Below, one piece after another: positions 26,801 through 28,830 of a stretch of 28,830 nucleotides of DNA; position 1 is the stretch's first letter; every line of letters starts with the position of its first letter. Position numbers and translations under genes: made by a program. This stretch comes from Nanobdellota archaeon. GTDB taxonomy: Archaea; Nanobdellota; Nanobdellia; Woesearchaeales; JAHWHD01. The notes beneath the pieces are model-generated. The model searched no databases. It was not told the DNA's origin and saw only the letters and a program-made list of their open reading frames with translations. The stretch covers positions 1 to 28,830 of the forward strand of contig JAYENX010000025.1 in NCBI GenBank assembly GCA_034722435.1, read 5' to 3'.

Positions 26801-27280
26801 ATGAAACTAAACTTGGGCTGCGGTAAAGTCTCCAAAGAAGGATACATTAACATAGACATAAATCACTTTTATAATGTCGACAAGGTAATGGATATCAGGA
26901 AAGGAATCAAGTACAATGATAACGAAGTTGACGAAGTCAGAATGAACTATGTCCTTGAACATTTCACTTACAAAGAAGGTTGGTACATTTTGAAAGAAAT
27001 TTTTAGAATCTTAAAACCTGGCGGAGTCTTTGAATGTGCTTGTCCTGACCTGGAAAAATGTTGCAAAAAATGGCTCGAGGCAAAAAAACTTAAATGGACA
27101 TACTGGCTTTACAATATTTACGGCGCACAACGTTGGCCTGGTGATATACATAAATCAGGTTACACTTTTGAAAGATTAAAAGAAATTCTTTTAGAGATTG
27201 GTTTTATGGAGATTAAAGATATTTCGCCTACTGATGATTACCATTCACATAATTTTAGATTATTAGCAAATAAATCCTAA
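26801..27280 (+). CDS. Class I SAM-dependent methyltransferase
   Basis: KLNLGCG, NIDI, VLEHF and RILKPGG motifs. Confidence 0.9.
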   Translation: MKLNLGCGKVSKEGYINIDINHFYNVDKVMDIRKGIKYNDNEVDEVRMNYVLEHFTYKEGWYILKEIFRILKPGGVFECACPDLEKCCKKWLEAKKLKWTYWLYNIYGAQRWPGDIHKSGYTFERLKEILLEIGFMEIKDISPTDDYHSHNFRLLANKS

Positions 27281-27672
27281 ATAACTTTCTTATCAAGTTC
27301 TCTTAACCACATCAATCCAACCTTAATCATTAATTTATTAAATTTATCAGAAATTTTGTAAGTTTTTTTGTAAAGGTCATACTGTACAATACCCATACTT
27401 TTCATAGGTGTAAGAATTCTATCATAAAACTGTCTTTTGTTATAGCTAAGTTTAACCTGTTTACCTTTATATCCTGGTTCATCAATCTCGCCAACAAGAT
27501 TTCCTTCATGAAGTCTGTTAGCAAATAATGACATTTCAGTCTTTGTAAGCTCTCCGCCATGCCGTTTAATTTCATCTATCAAGAGCTTTCCAACTATCTC
27601 TTGCTGTTTCGTAGCAAAGATTATTTCAAATATCTTTTCCGGCATATTAAACTGATCAAACAAAATTACCAT
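27277..27672 (-). CDS. Hypothetical winged-helix-like protein
   Basis: 131 aa; QFYDRILTPMKSMGIVQYDLYKKTYKIS resembles a recognition helix plus wing. Confidence 0.75.
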   Translation of the reverse strand: MVILFDQFNMPEKIFEIIFATKQQEIVGKLLIDEIKRHGGELTKTEMSLFANRLHEGNLVGEIDEPGYKGKQVKLSYNKRQFYDRILTPMKSMGIVQYDLYKKTYKISDKFNKLMIKVGLMWLRELDKKVI

Positions 27673-27805
27673 ATGCCTAAAAAATAAGTAAGCTAATATA
27701 TAAAAGTTACCCTTTTGTATACTGGTGTAGATGTTTACTCATTACTTATAACCTATATCTTTGATAAGATAAACTTTTAATAAAAGTCTCAATATTCTAA
27801 TAATC

Positions 27806-28564
27806 ATGTTTAACCAAGATATTACTGATTTTTTCACTGTAAATGATGAAAACGATGCAAGGGCTCTTTTAATAGATCTTCATGATAAATCGCAAGACTT
27901 TTTTGAAATAAGGTCTGACATCTATATTGAATCAAAACGTGATGCACAAATTTTCTTAATCAAACGTTATAATCTTAGTCATCCTTTCAAGAATCGTTTT
28001 AGTTTTGAAATGGGCAATCTTACGCCTGATTCTAATTTAGTATATGATAATGGTGATTTAATATTTCCAACACATAATCAAGTCCAAAGACTCGAAGGCA
28101 GAGTATGGACATCTCTTGAAAGACCAGTTTCTGTTACAGCTGACGACTTTATTTCTCTTAACAGTTTAGAGGTGTATGTTGGTAAAAATATTGAAAATTA
28201 TTTTTCGGGGTTAAACCCTAAACTTGACGCACAGTTTCATTGCGTACCAACATATACTGATTTAGCACTTGCACTTAAGACACTCGGTGAACCTCTCCCC
28301 CAAAAACATGCAAAACGTCTTCTTACTGCAAGAAAAAAAGTGTTGAAAGAACTTTTTGATGCAAGAAATTCTAGCTATGATAAGTCAAAAGTGCACATGC
28401 TATTGTTTAAAGCTGAAGAGCTGGCTCTTGACCAGGTAAGAACTTTAACAATAGATGGTCGAGGTTTATACTGTCCTGGAGTCATCGCAGGGCTCATAAA
28501 CGAATATCAGCTTGACGAAACTGAAAATTTATTCAATGACAAAGTAGGAAAACTTTTAAAATAG
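27806..28564 (+). CDS. Hypothetical protein (252 aa)
   Basis: Long ORF with upstream TTTTAATA; no recognised motif. Confidence 0.8.
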   Translation: MFNQDITDFFTVNDENDARALLIDLHDKSQDFFEIRSDIYIESKRDAQIFLIKRYNLSHPFKNRFSFEMGNLTPDSNLVYDNGDLIFPTHNQVQRLEGRVWTSLERPVSVTADDFISLNSLEVYVGKNIENYFSGLNPKLDAQFHCVPTYTDLALALKTLGEPLPQKHAKRLLTARKKVLKELFDARNSSYDKSKVHMLLFKAEELALDQVRTLTIDGRGLYCPGVIAGLINEYQLDETENLFNDKVGKLLK

Positions 28565-28592
28565 TTATTTTTCTGTTAATATGAATATAATT

Positions 28593-28709
28593 GGGCCAGT
28601 GGTGAAATCTGGTATCACGTGCCCTTGGCTTTGTATACCAAAAAGGGTGAGTCTCCGGGTTCAAATATCTCTTAGAACAGCTAAGGGGCTGAAAGTCCCG
28701 GCTGGTCCA
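28593..28709 (+). tRNA. tRNA-Ala(GGC) with two introns
   Basis: Acceptor GGGCCAG/CTGGTCC with the G3:U70 Ala determinant; 13-nt 37/38 intron 28631-28643 (helix TTGG/CCAA); 30-nt 59/60 intron 28666-28695 (helix TTCA/TGAA). Confidence 0.9.
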
Positions 28710-28830
28710 TTTTTTATATTATTTTCTTTCAATACTTTTTCATCTAAAAAATGACTTAGGAAAATCTTTGATTTTTCGTGGGTCCATTTTTTATATTATT
28801 TTCTTTCAATACTTTTTCATCTAAAAAATG
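28704..28830. repeat. Perfect 50-bp direct repeat with a 27-bp spacer
   Basis: GGTCCATTTTTTATATTATTTTCTTTCAATACTTTTTCATCTAAAAAATG at 28704-28753 and 28781-28830 (last base of the window). Confidence 0.9.

Noticed and set aside
28620-28649. Reading the last tRNA as Pro(UGG)
   Set aside because: The BHB register places GGC at 34-36, and the G3:U70 pair and A73 indicate Ala.
28704-28830. CRISPR array
   Set aside because: Only two copies, the 50-bp repeat is too long and AT-rich, it begins inside a tRNA, and no cas genes are in the window.
1-28830. Alternative genetic code, frameshifted pseudogenes, or a diversity-generating retroelement acting on the large surface gene
   Set aside because: Recognisable genes are full length under the standard code, and no reverse transcriptase or template/variable repeat pair was seen.

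Overview
AT-rich archaeal chromosome segment, most consistent with a DPANN/Woesearchaeota-type organism. This is an inference from the gene mix: Bud32, uL16/L10e, NOG1 GTPase, AMP phosphorylase, class III signal-peptide proteins, archaeal TATA boxes and BHB-intron tRNAs. The left end carries a tyrosine integrase next to the 3' end of tRNA-Ser, probably one edge of an integrated element that runs off the window. All six tRNA genes contain bulge-helix-bulge introns (nine in total). Three tRNAs have two introns, four introns are at non-canonical sites (one D-loop, three T-loop 59/60), and two tRNAs have a pyrimidine at position 37. Other points of interest are a tandem pair of paralogous nucleotidyltransferase-HEPN fusion genes (one with an intact Rx4H motif, one without), a ~1714-aa Cys-rich surface protein ending in an M64-type metallopeptidase and coupled to a pilin-like gene, a bacterial-type FolK with an altered catalytic loop, a Hanks-type kinase, and a perfect 50-bp direct repeat starting inside the tRNA-Ala 3' end at the right edge. 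All family assignments come from motif recognition by eye; no database search was run.
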